A DNA stretch of 64,000 nucleotides from Cyanophora paradoxa CCMP329 (lineage: Eukaryota; Plantae; Glaucophyta), in contig QPMI01000152.1 in assembly GCA_004431415.1 (NCBI GenBank), forward strand, positions 186,001 through 250,000, written 5' to 3'. Of the stretch, positions 35,956 through 49,467 are shown piece by piece (position 1 is the first letter of the stretch; each line of letters begins with the position of its first letter). Below the pieces are notes generated by a model. That model had not been told where the DNA came from, searched no databases, and worked only from the letters and a program-made list of their open reading frames with translations. A program made the position numbers and the translations under genes.

Positions 35956-38351
35956 CTAGGCGGTGCCCCCGCTGATCTCGCCCATGGAGGGGAACTTGGG
36001 GGGGTCCCCGTACTCCTCCTTCTTCTTCGGGGCCTTCGCCTTCTTCCCCTTCTTCTTGTCCTCGCCGAGGTACCCGTACCGCTCGGCCGCCTCCTTCTGC
36101 ACCTCGTACCCCTTCTTGATCGCGCGGAAGGGCGCCTGCACGGCGCTCTGCGCCGCGCCGGCCACGAAGCCTCCCGCGCGCAGCGGGACCTCGTGCGCGT
36201 GCTTCGCCGCGTACTCCTGCGCGCGTCGGCGTCAGCCGCGCGCGGGCCCGCGGCTCAGGAGGGTGCGGACGGCAGCGTGACCGGCGTTCTTCCCCATGTA
36301 GATCTAGCGCGGGGCGGCCCTCACGCGGGGGCGGCGCGAGGGCGGGGCGGGGGGGGGGCGGGAAGGGCGCACCGCGGCGCGGGCGGGCCCGTGCACGAGC
36401 GTGTCGGCGATGTACCGGTCCTGCGACGACACCGTCGGGCGAGGCGGGAGGGAAGAGAGCGGCGGAGGCGCGGGGGCGAGAAAGGGGCGCACGGTCTCTG
36501 TGAGGGGACAGCGGTGGTTGGCGAAGATGCGCCAGGCGGCGACGAAGATCTCGCGCTCCTCGACTGTGCGCGCCCGCAGCCGCAGCCGCTGCCCGCCCAG
36601 CTGCAGGATGACGTCCCGCAGGCCGCCCTCCCGCGGCGGCACCTCCACGATGCGCGTGTTCTCGTACTCTGCCGGCCGGCCCCGCCCGCGTCGGGCGCCG
36701 GCGCGGGCCGGCCCTCCCCCAAGGGCCCGGTAAAGGCGGACCGGCCTTGAGGTCGGACTGGACGTCGCGGGTCTCGGAGGCGATGCGGACGAAGACGTAG
36801 CGGACCAGCTTGATCTCCACGGGCCGCGCCGCCCGCCCCTCCTCCACCAGCACGAACTGCACGAAGAGCATCTTCCCCTTCTCCCAGTCTGCCCGCCCGT
36901 CTCCAGTGAGCGGCGCGGCGCCCGCGCGCGGAGGGCGGGCGTACACTTCTGGACCTTCGCGACGACCGCGTCCTCTGCGGGGGAGGGGCGCGCCTCAGCG
37001 GGGCGCCTCCTCGGCGGGCGGGGCCCGGGGCGCGCTCGAGGCGGACCCCAGGGGACGGGCCCGACGCGGGCCGCCTCGCGCTTCTCGCCGCGGATGTCGG
37101 CCTCGAGCTCCGCGCCCATGTCCTCCGCCCGCACCGCGTAGCTCGCCTCCGTCGCCCCTGCCGCGGCCCGCCCCGCGCTCGGCCCGGGGGAAGGGGCCAC
37201 GGGGCCCGCGGGGCGCGCACCGGGGATGGCGTAGCGGCCGCCCTTGCGGAGGCGGTACCACTGGACCGAGGCGCCCTGGGGTACGACGGCGCGCACGACC
37301 GAGCCGAGCCGCGCGTCGCCGATGACGCTGCCCGAGGAGCCCTGCGCGCGGGGCCGTCGGGCCGGGCGAGGCGGAGCCCGGGCGGCGGGGCGCGGGGCGG
37401 CGCACGAAGAGCGAGGCGATGGAAGCCCAGAGCCCGGCGAAGATGCCCACGCTCGGATCCTCGGGAATGCTCAGGGGCGTCCCCCGCATCGACCGCACGC
37501 TCGGCAGCGGCCCGGGGGCGGACGTCGACGCCGGCGCGGGGCTCGCCCCGCGGGGCGGCATCGGCGTGGGGACGATGTCGGTCGGGGCGCTGCGGAAGCA
37601 CGCGAAGAATCCCCCGCTGCTCTCGCCGTCCACCTCGCTCGCCGGGCGCTCGTGCAGGCGGAACCCGTTTGGCGGGCTCCGCAGGCCCCGCGTGAAGAAC
37701 GCCGCCGCCTGCGCGGCGTGAGCTGCGAAGAGAGGCTGGAGTGAGAAATCCCAAGACGAGCCTCGTTGGTGCGCAGCCTGCCGAGCGCAAGGGGACGCGT
37801 TAGCCTGGCACCGGCCCGGTGCGGGCTGGAGCGGGAGGGGGCCTCGCCTGTTGGAGAGCTCGATAAGCTCATCGCGGGGACTCTTCCGCTTGGAGATCTG
37901 TCTCGCGACGTTAGCCAGGGGTGGGAGCGGCGGGCGGGCCCGTGGCGGGCGGGCGCGCCTCGTGCGAAAGCAACGAGAGCATGTCGCCGTACGCGAGGCT
38001 GGGTCCGTCGTGCATAGGGCGCACGCGCAGATGCAGCTTCTCTATCTTCTTTTTAAGCTTGATCGGGGAGACGCGGTCGGGCTCCACTCCCTTCACTGCA
38101 GCAACGACATCCTGGGCCGAAACGACCCAGCCATCCGCAACGAGCACCGCCCGGATGCTCCCGATGCCGATAACTTCAAGCTGCGCGTAAAAGCAGAGCT
38201 TCAGCCCACACGCAACGCGCCAGCCTGCCCTGTTGCCCGCTGGTCGGGCTTGACGGTTGGACCCGCCCATAACGTCCATGAGCGACTGGGCTCACACGGC
38301 GGCTCCATGCTAGCCCGCAGCAAGAAGAGAAGCAACACGCACTGTCGACAT
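35956..38351 (-). CDS. Multi-exon protein with Ig-like + PH-like module resembling SCAB/AIR9-type domains
   Basis: VQWYRLRKGGRYAIP|GATEASYAVRAEDMGAELEADI...VGPVP, then LRLRARTVEEREIFVAAWRIFA (PH C-terminal helix-like). Confidence 0.55.
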
Positions 38352-38474
38352 GGCCGCGGGTGCAAGCCGTCAGGGGAGGACGGGCCGAGCGCTTGAGTCC
38401 ACTATAACCTGGTAGCTGAGTGCTGCTTGACCTAGGCCTGAGCTCCTGGATTGCTGGAGCTCGAGCCGCTGGCA

Positions 38475-38754
38475 CTAGCCCGTGCTGACTTGAAAAAAAC
38501 AGCTGAGCCGGGCGTGAAACTTCGACTTCAGCAACTGGAGAACCTCGGTTCGGATCCCGCTGGAACACTTGTCCGAGCGCGCTCGCCCTGCTCTTTCTAG
38601 CGCAGCCTGTACGGCGTAAGCGCCGGATTCGGCCTGCAGACGTGTCGTAGCTAGTGCGCAAGCGCACAGGCGAGTCCAAGCGCACACAGACCGCGCGGCC
38701 GCTAGCGACGAGCTCGGCGCAAGCCTTCTCGGCTTCAGCACGTCGCTTGCGCAT
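38475..38754 (-). CDS. Possible small two-exon ORF of unknown function
   Basis: MRKRRAEAEKACAELVASGRA|AESGAYAVQAALERAGR...; in-frame GT-AG intron but no recognisable domain. Confidence 0.25.
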
Positions 38755-38848
38755 CTTAGGCGCCTAGGAAGCTCCCCGCCTCGGCGATCCCTCGGAAGCG
38801 ATCTCGACTGGCTTCTCTTCCCCCGTGCAGCTCGTCTGTCGCAGCGGG

Positions 38849-40885
38849 ATGAAAGTCAAGACGATATCTAGAGTAGAGGAGGAGGCAACGAAGGAGCGGA
38901 AGTCCGATCTACAGAAAGTGCAGCGCAACATCGACCCGCTCCTTCATCCCTTCGAGCGGGCGCGCGAGTACACGCGCGCTCTCAACGCAGCGAAGCTCGA
39001 GAAGGTGATCGTGGCTGCCCGATCTCCTCGGCCGCGCTCTCTCGTCGCCGACGCGCGCTCGAAACAGGTCTTCGCGAAACCGTTCATACAAGCGCTTGCT
39101 GGCCACTCGGATGGCGTGTTTTGCATGGCAAAGAACCCCACACAGATTTCGCAAATCATATCTGGAAGCTGCGACGGCGGTCCGCTTTGTGTGTTACGTT
39201 CCACGACCCTGCACTGACTCACGCCTCGCGGCAGAGCTGCGGATATGGAGCCTCTCTCACAGGTGTATAGTCTGCAAGACTTTTTTGGTGATCGTTAAAT
39301 ACTTACGGTCTGCTTAATGCAGCAAATGTACATGGCGAGTGAACGCGCACTCGGGCTTCGTCAGGGGCGTTGCAGTTTCTAGGAGAGGCGAGTACCTGGT
39401 GTCTTGTGGCGACGACAAGACGGTGAAGCTGTGGGGTCTGAGCGACATCGGTGCTCCTGAGGGCGAGCAAGAGGAAGTGGGCGACGAGGTCCTCTCCCCC
39501 TGTCCCCTCTATTGGCTAGTCCAAGCTGACTGGTGCGCTTCCAGCCCGCTGACACCTACTTCTCCAAGACGATGTTGCTGTGAGTTTCGCTTGTGTCTCT
39601 TTCAAAGCTTTAGCTTTTTGCTCACACCCAGCATAGGGGCATCGACCATCACTGGAAGGAGCCTTCGTTTGCAACGTGTGGCACACAGGTTGATCTCTGG
39701 GACCACAACAGGCGAGCGTGCTTTCCTTGACTTTTTGGGCCTCGCGTGATCTTGCAAACAGATCGGAGCCGACGGCAACCTTCTCTTGGGGGGCAGAATC
39801 AGTGACTAGCATCAAGTACAACCCTGTTGAGACCCAGATCCTTGCAAGCACAGGCAGCGACAGGAACATCACTCTCTACGACGTGCGGTCGCAGACGGCT
39901 CTTCGGAAGCTCACCATGCAGGTTTGTCCTGCATCTCTCCTCATCAGTGTCATCGACCTGACATTGTTATCAAAGATGCGGACGAACACAATAGCCTGGA
40001 ATCCTATGGAGGCATTTAACTTCGTTGCTGTGCGCAACTTCTTATCTTTCATGCTTGCTCCATGGGCTGACAGACTCTGAAGGCGAACGAGGATCACAAT
40101 CTGTATACGTATGACATGAGGAAGCTCAACATGGCCCTCTGTGTCCACAAGGACCACGTCTCTGCAGTGTAAGCAGTTGCCTTGAGACATGCAGGCGCTC
40201 TTCATTGATTTTGACACAGACTGGATGTCGATTTCTCGCCAACTGGGCGGGAGTTTGTCTCTGGCTCCTATGACAGGACGCTTCGAATCTACAATTTCAA
40301 CGAGGGCCACAGTCGAGAGGTCTACTTCACGAAGCGCATGCAAAGGTTTGTTTGCTTTGCTTTTGCTTTTGTCCCGGATTTTAGCATCGTCTTGACTCTG
40401 CTGCAGGATTTTCGCTGTGAAGTACAGCATGGACTCGAAGTATGTCCTCTCTGCAAGTGATGATATGAACATCCGCCTGTGGAAGGCGAACGCTGCTGAG
40501 CAGCTTGGCGTGGTCCGTAACTCACTGTTAATGTCCCCGTAGCTTTCCAAAAGCTTAATGTTAACCGTTATCTCTACAGCTTTTGCCACGAGAGAAGGCC
40601 AAATCCGAGTACCAGGCCGCCCTCAAGGACCGTTACAAGTACCTTCCCGAGATTCGGAAGGTTATCAGGTTCGACTCTTCCTCCTTGCACCCACAGCCTT
40701 CCCTTTGCTGATGTGCTTGCAGGAGCAAGCACGTTCCCAAGGCCATCCACAAGGCGGCCCAGACCAAGGACTCCATCAAGAAGGCCCAGCAGGTTAAGGA
40801 GAAGCGTGTGCGGGCCCATTCTGCCCCCGATTCCATTCCCCACCCGCCCGACCGCAAGAAGCGCATCGTCGCCATCACAGAGTAG
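38849..40885 (+). CDS. DCAF13: U3 snoRNP WD40 protein Sof1/DCAF13
   Basis: MKVKTISR...QRNIDPLLHPFERAREYTRALNAAKLEKVFAKPFI, WNPMEAFNFV, ANEDHNLYTYDMRKL, SREVYFTKRMQR, SASDDMNIRLWKANA. Confidence 0.97.
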
Positions 40886-41095
40886 TTGCCGGCGTCATTT
40901 TACAATTAATATTCCGAAGGCCTGCTGCATTGGTGCCTGTAAGCTGTACCCCGAAAAAACTCCGATCGGCTGTCGAGCGCTTAACTAGGCCGCAGCGAGC
41001 TAGAGCTTGACGTACAAACTCGAGCTATAGCGAGCTAGAACTCGAGATAGGCAGAAGAGGCGTGCCGTTCACGTTTCCTCCGGCGCCGTGGAGCA

Positions 41096-42235
41096 ATGGC
41101 GGCCGCCCCCAAGGATGACTTCGGTACGCGCTCAGGATTCAAACGGCGGCGATCTAACTCCGTCCTGGTGCAGGCGGCGGCTTTCCGGCACAGACGAAGA
41201 GTAGCGTCGTCGTGAAGGTCCGGCAAACGTTCAGACGCGTCCGACAGCCGCGCTAACTGAGTTGCTGCAGGTTGGCATGCTTGGAGACTCGCAAATAGGG
41301 TGCGCTCCCTTTCCTGCGCTTGGCAGTTGTGCTCTGACCTCTGACGAGCTGCCGCCTTCCGCAGGAAGACCTCGCTGATGGGTGCGGCGTGCGGCGTGAC
41401 TGTGCATGCGCTTTCCTCGCTTCTTAATGAAGCCTGCGCTCGCAGTCAAGTACGTGGAGGGAACTTTTGACGAGGACTACATCCAAACACTTGGTCCGCT
41501 GGCGCACACGCGCTTTCCTCTTCACAGATCGCCCTAGCTAATCGTGGTTCAGGTGTAAACTTCATGGAGAAGACCATCACGATCCGCAACACAGAGATCA
41601 CATTCAGCATCTGGGATCTGGGAGGTCCGTGAGACGGGTCGGGCTTCCGACTGGTCGCCTGACAGCCTCTACTTCTTCGCAGGTCAGAAGGAGTTCGTGA
41701 ACATGCTGCCTCTTGTTTGCAACGACGCGGTGGCCCTGCTGTTCATGTTTGACCTCTCGAGGAAAAGTACCTTGAACAGTATTAAGGAGTGGTACAGGCA
41801 AGCACGAGGGTTCAACAAGGTATCCAATTCACATCTAAAACTTCCTTTCTTTCCTTATAACTCGTTTTCAGACTGCCATCCCAGTCCTTGTTGGCACAAA
41901 ATTCGACTTTTTCGCGAACTTCCCCTATGAGGAGCAAGAAGAGATTACAAAGCAGGTGCGTTGTCTGGTCGAGATTCTCAAGCCATTTTCCAAATCCTTA
42001 CATGCACCAGGCAAGGCGATTTGCGAAAGCAATGAAGGCCCCACTCATTTTCTGCTCCACCTCCCACTCCATTAATGTACAGAAAATTTTCAAGATAGTC
42101 CTCAGCAAGGTCTTCGATCTGAAGTGCAACATCCCAAGAATAGAGAAGATCGGAGAGCCCATACTGGAATGTGTGTATCTTTCCGCTCTTTTGCACTCGC
42201 CTTCTCCACTCACCTCACCAATGTGCGCAGATTGA
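41096..42235 (+). CDS. SPG1: Septum-promoting/mitotic-exit small GTPase Spg1/Tem1
   Basis: VVVKVGMLGDSQIGKTSLMVKYVEGTFDEDYIQTLGVNFMEKTI...[57 protein letters not shown]...GEPILEY*. Confidence 0.97.
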
Positions 42236-42703
42236 ATGTGACAGTAGGAGACAGTGTATATTACTCATACTTGCTCACCATGTTGCAATCCCACACTTAA
42301 TCGACACTGCGTTTAGCTTTAGCATCCCCAGATATCCTTGTGACCTGCGTGCGTGTTACACTGGTTTACAAGATGAGAATTCCTTTCAAAGTATACGGTT
42401 GAAGAAGCCATTTGGCAGGCGCGGTTGGCATCAGGCTTAGCTTTGAGCTTCATTTTGCAAGATCCCCCGGAGACAGCTTTGTGTGCATGCATATGTGCAT
42501 GTGTCCAGAAGTTTCTTTGAAGCACCAGTACCTCTCTGAAATCATGCATGCTGGCACTCCAGAGGCAGCCGCAGTGGGAAAAGGAAAGGGCATTCGGATA
42601 TTGAAAGAGACGTGTACAGCGCGTATCCTCCTGCCTTTCGAGTCGCGACCAGGGATGCTCGGGGGAATGAAGCGAACAGGAGCTACTAAGGGCAAGAAGC
42701 CGC

Positions 42704-44222
42704 TTAGTCGAAGAGGGAGAGACCCATGTCGGCTGGGCGCAGGGGTCAGATCGAGCGCTTTGTTACGAGCAAGGAAAAAAGGCGCACTCTCCTCCTCCTC
42801 CTCCTCGACCTTCTTCTCCTCCTTGGCGGGGGCGGCGGCCTTGGCGGCGGCGGGGGCGGCGGCAGCGACGCGGGGGCCGGCCTTGAGCGCCTCCTTGACC
42901 TTCTCGACGCGGGGGAACGAGTACTCGGACTCGAGGGCGAGGCCGATGACGTTCTTGTACGCGCGGATGATCGAGTGCGGGACCGAGGCCACGGTGAAGT
43001 AGCCGGTGGAGAGCGAGAGGGCCGCGACCGAGGCCAGGCCCTCGCCGATCTTCGCGCACAGGTCCTCGTCAGTGATGTCGAGGATCTCGGGCAGGAACAT
43101 CGAGCCGCTGTCGTAGCTGCGCGCCCGGAGGGGTCACGGGGGCGAGCGGGGGGAGAGAGGCGCCGCGGGGGCGTACACGGCGAGAACGGTGAGGCCGTAG
43201 AAGAAGGGGTTGATGTTCAGCTTCTGGAGGAGGGTAGCCTCGGACTGGCCGACCTTGTCGCCCTTCTTGATCAGGTTCACGTTGTTCACGATTTCGACCT
43301 GACCCTTGTTAATCTTCGTGGCGATGTTGAGCGCCTGGAAGAAAGAGGTCTGAGACGGGTCCATGCCGGTCGGGCCAGCCGGGACGACGACATCGACGGG
43401 GGAGATGGCGCCGGCCTTGGCGGGGGCACCACGCTGCGCAACGGGCCGGTCAGTGCCTGGCGCCGGCGAGCAGCGAGCGCCAGCGACGGACCTTGTTGGA
43501 GAGAATGCGGTCACGAATGTCCTTCAGGTCCTTGTTGGTGAAGACGAAGCCGACGTTGCCCTTGACGTGGCCGAGCAGCTTCTCAAGATCAGGGTTCTTG
43601 CTAAGCTGTGCCTTGATGACCTTGCGGATCATAGTCTGCACAAATGGCGATCGTCGTCAGCTTGGGAGCGCGCAAAGCTCGCAAGACGAGCGCGCGCGAT
43701 CAGCGCACGTTCTTGCCCATCAGCACGACGGCGTCGCCACGGAGCGACAACCGGGTCTTCTGCATCTGGTTGGAGCCGACATTGTCTGCGTGCACAATGA
43801 AGACTTTGCTGTACTCTTCCAACAGCCTGTCGAGCCGTGCAAAGTACTCCTGCTTCTTAACTGCGGGCGAGCGGAACGGCGTGTCAGGAACGGATGCGGT
43901 CGCGAGCGATGATTCAGAGAGGCTCGAGCTAGTGTCTAAATGCTGCGTGCTGCGCCAGAAGGCGGGCGGTGGCTGTGCTTTGCATGTGCCGCGATTCTTC
44001 CGCGCCGCCGCGAGCGCTCTGCGCTGGTCGCGCGCCGGCTACCCGCTGCTGCTCATGCATGTGCTGGAGCATCTTCCGACGGGCGCGCAGCCGCCCCGGG
44101 GCCTCACTAAGAGAAAGATCGAAATCAGCTCCCAGACGCACCGAGCTTCGCTCCCTGCGGCTATTTTGCGATCGAAAGCCGTCAGCGAGCATCGAGAGCT
44201 GCCAGGGATGGGAGCAAACCAT
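42704..44222 (-). CDS. RPLP0: 60S acidic ribosomal protein P0 (uL10)
   Basis: M|PQGAKLV|KKQEYF...[11 protein letters not shown]...VLMGKNTMIRK...GNVGFVFT...[22 protein letters not shown]...[14 protein letters not shown]. Confidence 0.98.
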
Positions 44223-44428
44223 CTTTGTGTGGTCTGTGTGGAATCCCCTAGTCGCGATCGACGTGTGCGGTACCCTCCCTCCCGCTCGAACTGCCTCGCA
44301 GCCTAGAATCGCAGGCTCGCAGCTTGCCACAGTCGCAGCTTCCTCGCTCGTGATCCGGCGCGCGCAAGCGTCTCGGGGCGGCGCTGCTGTACCAGCGCTA
44401 GATCGGCGCAGCCTGCCTCGGCAGCGCG

Positions 44429-47400
44429 ATGCGAAAGGGTTTCTTCAACGCGAAGCCGCGATCCGAAGCGCCGCGGCCGGCGTCGGCCTCCGCAGCGTCG
44501 CCGGCCGCGGCGCCGGCAGCGCCGGCGCCGGAGGTCGACGAACCGCCCGTCGAGCTCAGCACCCTCGGCGAGATCGAGGATGGCAAGGACTACATATTGC
44601 AACTGCCGGACGAGCTTCTCACGTCCCTCCTGGCTCGGCTCGACTTTCAGTCGCGCACCACGATCCGCGCCGTCTGCAAGCGCATGTTCAAGTACGCCTT
44701 GTCCTTTGCGCGCGCCCTCCCTCATCCGATTGACCGCGCGGCAGCCTCGTGATGGAGGCCGGCGTCTGGGCGGTGATCGCATCGACGAACAAGAGGAGCT
44801 GGAGGGCGGCGCTGTTTGGGGGGCCCGACGACGGGCCCTCCGAGCTGCTCACGCACGCCGAGTCGTCCGTCAACGCGCTCCTCGCGCGGCGCTTCCACAT
44901 GCTCTGCCACGGCGGCCGTATCCTGCAGGCGCGCGCCGAGCCGGCGAGGAACCGCTGGGGCTCCCGCCTCCGCCGCCTCGAGGTGATGGAGAGCATCGAG
45001 GCGCACATGGAGGCCTCCCAGGAGGGGCGCGCCCCGCCCCAGTCCACGCCCATGGGCGTGCGCTCCGCCACGGCCGCCATCCTCCTGCACGCCCTCGCGC
45101 GGCGCCGCGCGCCGCTGCGGGCGCTCGCCCTCGAGTGCCGCGTGACCAAGGAGTGCCGCGCGCACTTCGCCGCCCACCCCTCCGTCGCCGACGCCGTCGC
45201 CGGGCTCGCCCCCGTGCGCCCGCGCCCTGTACCCCCGCCTCCCCGAGCCCCGCTCGGCCCGACGCGTACCGCAGGGGCTGCGCAACCTCCAGGTGGGTGA
45301 CGGCAACGTGGGCGGACCCGTCGCCGCGCGCCTCTTCGGCACCGCCGAGGCCCGCGCGTGCGTACCCCCCGCCGCTTAGGCCCCTCCGCATCCGACCGGG
45401 CGCGGGGCGGCGCGCGCAGGACGGGCTTCCCTGCGCTGCGGGGCCTGGCGCTCTCGATCAACTGCCGGCCCCCGAGCACGATCCTCGAGGGCATCCTCGC
45501 CCGCTGCGGCAACCTCCGCCGGTGCGCACCCGCCCCGCGCTTCGCGGCGCCCCTCTCGCGTCTCACGAAGCCCCCGCAGGCTGGCGCTGGACGCGCGGGC
45601 GTCGTACACGAGGCAGGCGGAGGGGGCGGAGGCGGAGGCGCTGCTCAGCGGGGCGGGGGCGGCGGGGCTGCTGCGGGGCCTCCCCGGGCTGGAGTCCCTC
45701 GCCCTGGCCGCCCCGCGCCCCGTGGACGCCGAGGCCCTCTCCGCCCTCCTCGGCGGCGCCGCCGTCCTCCTCGGCGACGGCACCTCCGCCCCGGCCGGCT
45801 GCAGCCCGCCGCGGGGCCCCCGCTGGCTCTGCCTCCGCTGGGAGACGGCCGACGGGCGGCTGCCCCCGGCGAAGACGCCGGCGCCGGTGCGCTCCGTGGA
45901 GGGCTCCCCGACCGTGGAGCGCCTGCGGCTCGCCTGGCAGCGCCCCGAGGCCACCAAGCCCTTCGACGAGCCGCCCAAGGCGGGCCCCCGCCCTTCCCCT
46001 TCTGCTCTCGCCCTCCTCCGCGCTGACGTCCCCCGCAGGAGGTCTCGGTGCGGGGGTGCCCGCGGCTGCGCGGCCTCGCCCTCGTCGAGTGGACCAACAC
46101 CGGCTTCCGCGGGCCCCGCCCCTGGTGCGCCCGTAGCCCCCCCGGCCGCGCCCCCTCGCCCCCGTTCCGACCGGCCGCAGGGGCGCGTCGACGGTGATGC
46201 GGCGGGGCGCGCGCATGCGCATCATGAACCCCCGCGTCTTCTACGCCGGCCGCCGGCCCCGCGCCCCCGACCGCAGGCGCCCCCTTCCTTCGTTCCCCAC
46301 TTTGTTCCCTCCCCCTGCTTACCGGAAAGGCAGCGAGGAGCGGGTGCAGGCCCACCGGGCGGGGTCGGGCGCCCCCGGGGACCGGGACCCCTCGGACGAC
46401 CTCTCGGACGGCGACTCGGAGGTCGAGGACTGCCTCGAAGAGGTGCGGGGTACTTTGTATCGTGCGCGCGGGGTACGCGGTTGCGCGGACGGCCTTCGCT
46501 CGCAGGACGAGGTGTTCGAGCTGGAGTACATGCGGGAGGGGTGGGACATCTACCTGCCCCCGCCCCACGTCCGCCCCGACGTCCGCGACTGCCCAAACCT
46601 CCGCGGCTTCTACACCTTCTCCGTCGTCCACGTACCCCCCGAGTGCCTGAAGTCCTTCGCGCCGGGTACCCCAATCAATCGCGCCGGTACCGCGAGCCCG
46701 CGCCGACCTTCCGGGCGCAGGCCTGAGCATCTCGCGGCTCTGCCCCACCGACGCTGCGCTCGACGATCTCTTCTCCTCGAACATGCGTCACCTCCACATC
46801 ACGGTACCCATGTCACCGAAGCTTGTACCCCTTTTAAACCTGATCGCGCGCCTCGGCAGATCCCTGGGTACGGCCTTAAAGCCAACCAGCTTCGCTGGCT
46901 TGCGGCATGCACGGGCCTTGAGACCCTCTGCCTGCGGTACGCACCCCAACCCCGCTCCGACCCGCCCGCCGTCCCCTCGCGACGCCTCCCACCGCAGGGT
47001 GAACCCGGACGGGGGCGACGCGCGGCTGGCGTTGACGCTGCCGAGCGTCCGCTCGCTCCGCCTCTTCTGCGACGAAGTTCCGTTCGCCGTCGCCTCGTGC
47101 GCATGCCCGCCCCGCCCCCGTACCCCCCGCCTCTCGGCTCCTCCCCCGCCCACGCCCACCCGGCGCCAGAGGCCTCCGCCTCGCTGGCAAGCCTTTCGCC
47201 GTCCTCGAGGTGGGCTCCTACCCGCCCCCACCGGCCTCACCTTGCAGGGCCCTCATGCGCCGCGGCAGGTGGAGGCGCCGCGGATGGAGGAGCTGGTGCT
47301 GGGGCCCTGGGGCGCCCTCGGGCCCCTCCGCTTCTCCGCCCCGCGCCTCAAGGCCCGCCCCGCCGGCCGGCCCTGCCCACACCCGCCGCCTCCTGACGCG

Positions 47401-48648
47401 GCTCCGCCGTTCCCCCGCAGAGCGCGCGGCTGCTGTACAGCGCGCGGCTGCTGACGGAGGCCTTCCTGGAGGGCTTCCTGCGCGCCTGCCCCGCCCTCGA
47501 GGAGCTCGAGCTCGTCGGCGGCCTCGTGCGCCCCCCGCCCCGGCCCCGGCCTCTCCCGGCTCGGCCCGGCCCGGCCCCGCTCAGCTTCGGCGCAGCCGTC
47601 CAAGGACGACCGGCTGACGTCGCTGCGCATCGTTGCCCCGCGCCTGCGCTCCCTCACGTGCGCCTCCGCCCCGCCGCCCCGCCGCCGCCCCCGCCGACCG
47701 GGCTGCGCCGGCAGCTGCCTGCGCCTCAACGAGGTGTCCTCCGTTTCCATCGCCGCCCCGCTCCTCCGCGAGGCCACCTTCGGCCACGTGCGCCCCGCCC
47801 CGCCCCGCCCCGCCTGGCGCCCGCCCGGGCCGCCTGCGAGGCGCCTCAGATGGATCCAATGGACTCGGACCTGATCGCCGCGCTCGTCGCGAACCGCGGG
47901 CCCGGCGGCACCCCGCCCCGCCTCCAGCGCCTCACAGTTCGACCCCGCCCCGCGTCGCGGCGACTTCGGCCGCCCCTGAGGTCTAGGGCCGGGCAGGTGG
48001 CGGAGCTGCCGCGGCTCCGGAGCATGGACCTCACCGCCTTCCCCTACCTCGAGGCAAGCGTACCCCGGGCCCTTCCCCCCCACCCCTCGACCCCCGCCTC
48101 TTCTCATACTTTCTCCCGCCCGAAGGCTGTCGAGGCGGAGGGCTGCGACTACCTCTCTGCGATGCGCGCCCGCAGCAGCCGCCTCCGGTCCATGCGGTGC
48201 GCCGTCGAGCTGCTCCCCTGGACGCTCTCCGCGCCGGCGGGCCGACGCGCGTGCGCAGCGCCGTCGCCTGCGCGCGGATGAGCGAGGACCGCCTCAGCGC
48301 CGGGCCCCTCGCCCCCCGCTGGTGCTCGCGATCGCCCCGGCCCCCAATCTCGATCGGTCTCGGACGCGAGCCGACACACACCGCTGCGGACGGCGGCGGC
48401 GCAGGTGCGCGGGGTACGTGGAGCAGGAGGGCAAGTTGGGGGAGGTCTTCTTCTGGGACGGCTCCCGCTTCGCCCCCAACGAGGTCGAGCGGCGCCGGCC
48501 GCCCGGGGCGGCGGCCGACGACGAAGGCGGGAGCGACGATGAGGATGACGAGGAGGACGCGGAGGAGGACGAGGACGAGGAGGAGGCGGACGAGGGGGAG
48601 ATCTCGCAGGCGTCGGACGACATCTCCGAGGGCGAGGGCGGGCGCTAG
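44429..48648 (+). CDS. F-box / leucine-rich repeat protein
   Basis: F-box ILQLPDELLTSLLARLDFQSRTTIRAVCKRMF; LRR-like exons (CPNLRGF, CTGLETLCL, CPALEELEL, LPRLRSMDL); acidic C-terminus. Confidence 0.8.
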
Positions 48649-49207
48649 CGCTAGCCCCACCCGGAGCCGGCCGGGCGCCCGGGTTACACGCGCCCGTAAT
48701 GTACTATAGGGAGTAGGCCTAGGGCGTGGAGCGCAGAAACTAGCGCTCGCGGCAATTACGCGCGCGTCGAGAGGCGGGTCAGGCGGCCCGGCCTCAGGAG
48801 AGGCCTAGCGTGAGACCGCCGGGCCGGGGGGTGCCCGCGGCCAGAGGGGGTGAGGGGGGATACACAATATTCGGCCGCTGGTCGGCTCTGCGCGAGTCTC
48901 TAAGCCAGCGACAAGCTTTAAAGCGTTTTGGAAGCGTAGAGAACATTCCACAGACCCCAATCTGCTAGCCGCGCCGCATCTTGGACGCCCAGCTTAGGTT
49001 TCCACATGTGCGACCCGGCGAGCCTGGAAGCAGGCAGATTATCCCTTGCATTGCCGCATCTAGCAGCAAGGCGGGCTTAGGGAAGTCGGGGCGGCCTCGG
49101 CCAGCGGGCGGGCTCTGGTCCAAGATAGTGCGGGCCGGCCAGTTCTGCAAAACCGGCAGCCGGGCTCAATTCCGAGCTTCTGAAGCTAAGCTATACGGTT
49201 CTAGCCG

Positions 49208-49432
49208 ATGGAGGGCGGCGAGACGGGCGCCGCGCCGCGACCAGCGATGCCCCCGGCGAACAGGGCGAGCTTCGCCTTCTCGCTGGGGAGCTCGAGCCTT
49301 CGGAGCAGCTCGAAGCGGGCGGGCGTGCAGATACAGGACGACGCCAGCTCGGCCTCGGGCTCGCGGATGGCGTCCGCCGTCCTCGGCGAGCCAGGCGAGG
49401 GGATGGCCTCCATGGCGTCGCTGGCCCTCGCC

Positions 49433-49467
<35 letters not shown>

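Noticed and set aside
44161-44164. Apparent corrupted RPLP0 start codon (ATAG), first read as a systematic insertion or editing signal shared with EFG1
   Set aside because: It is the TAG acceptor of a 59-nt intron following an ATG-only coding exon at 44220-44222, with a CTGAC branch motif.
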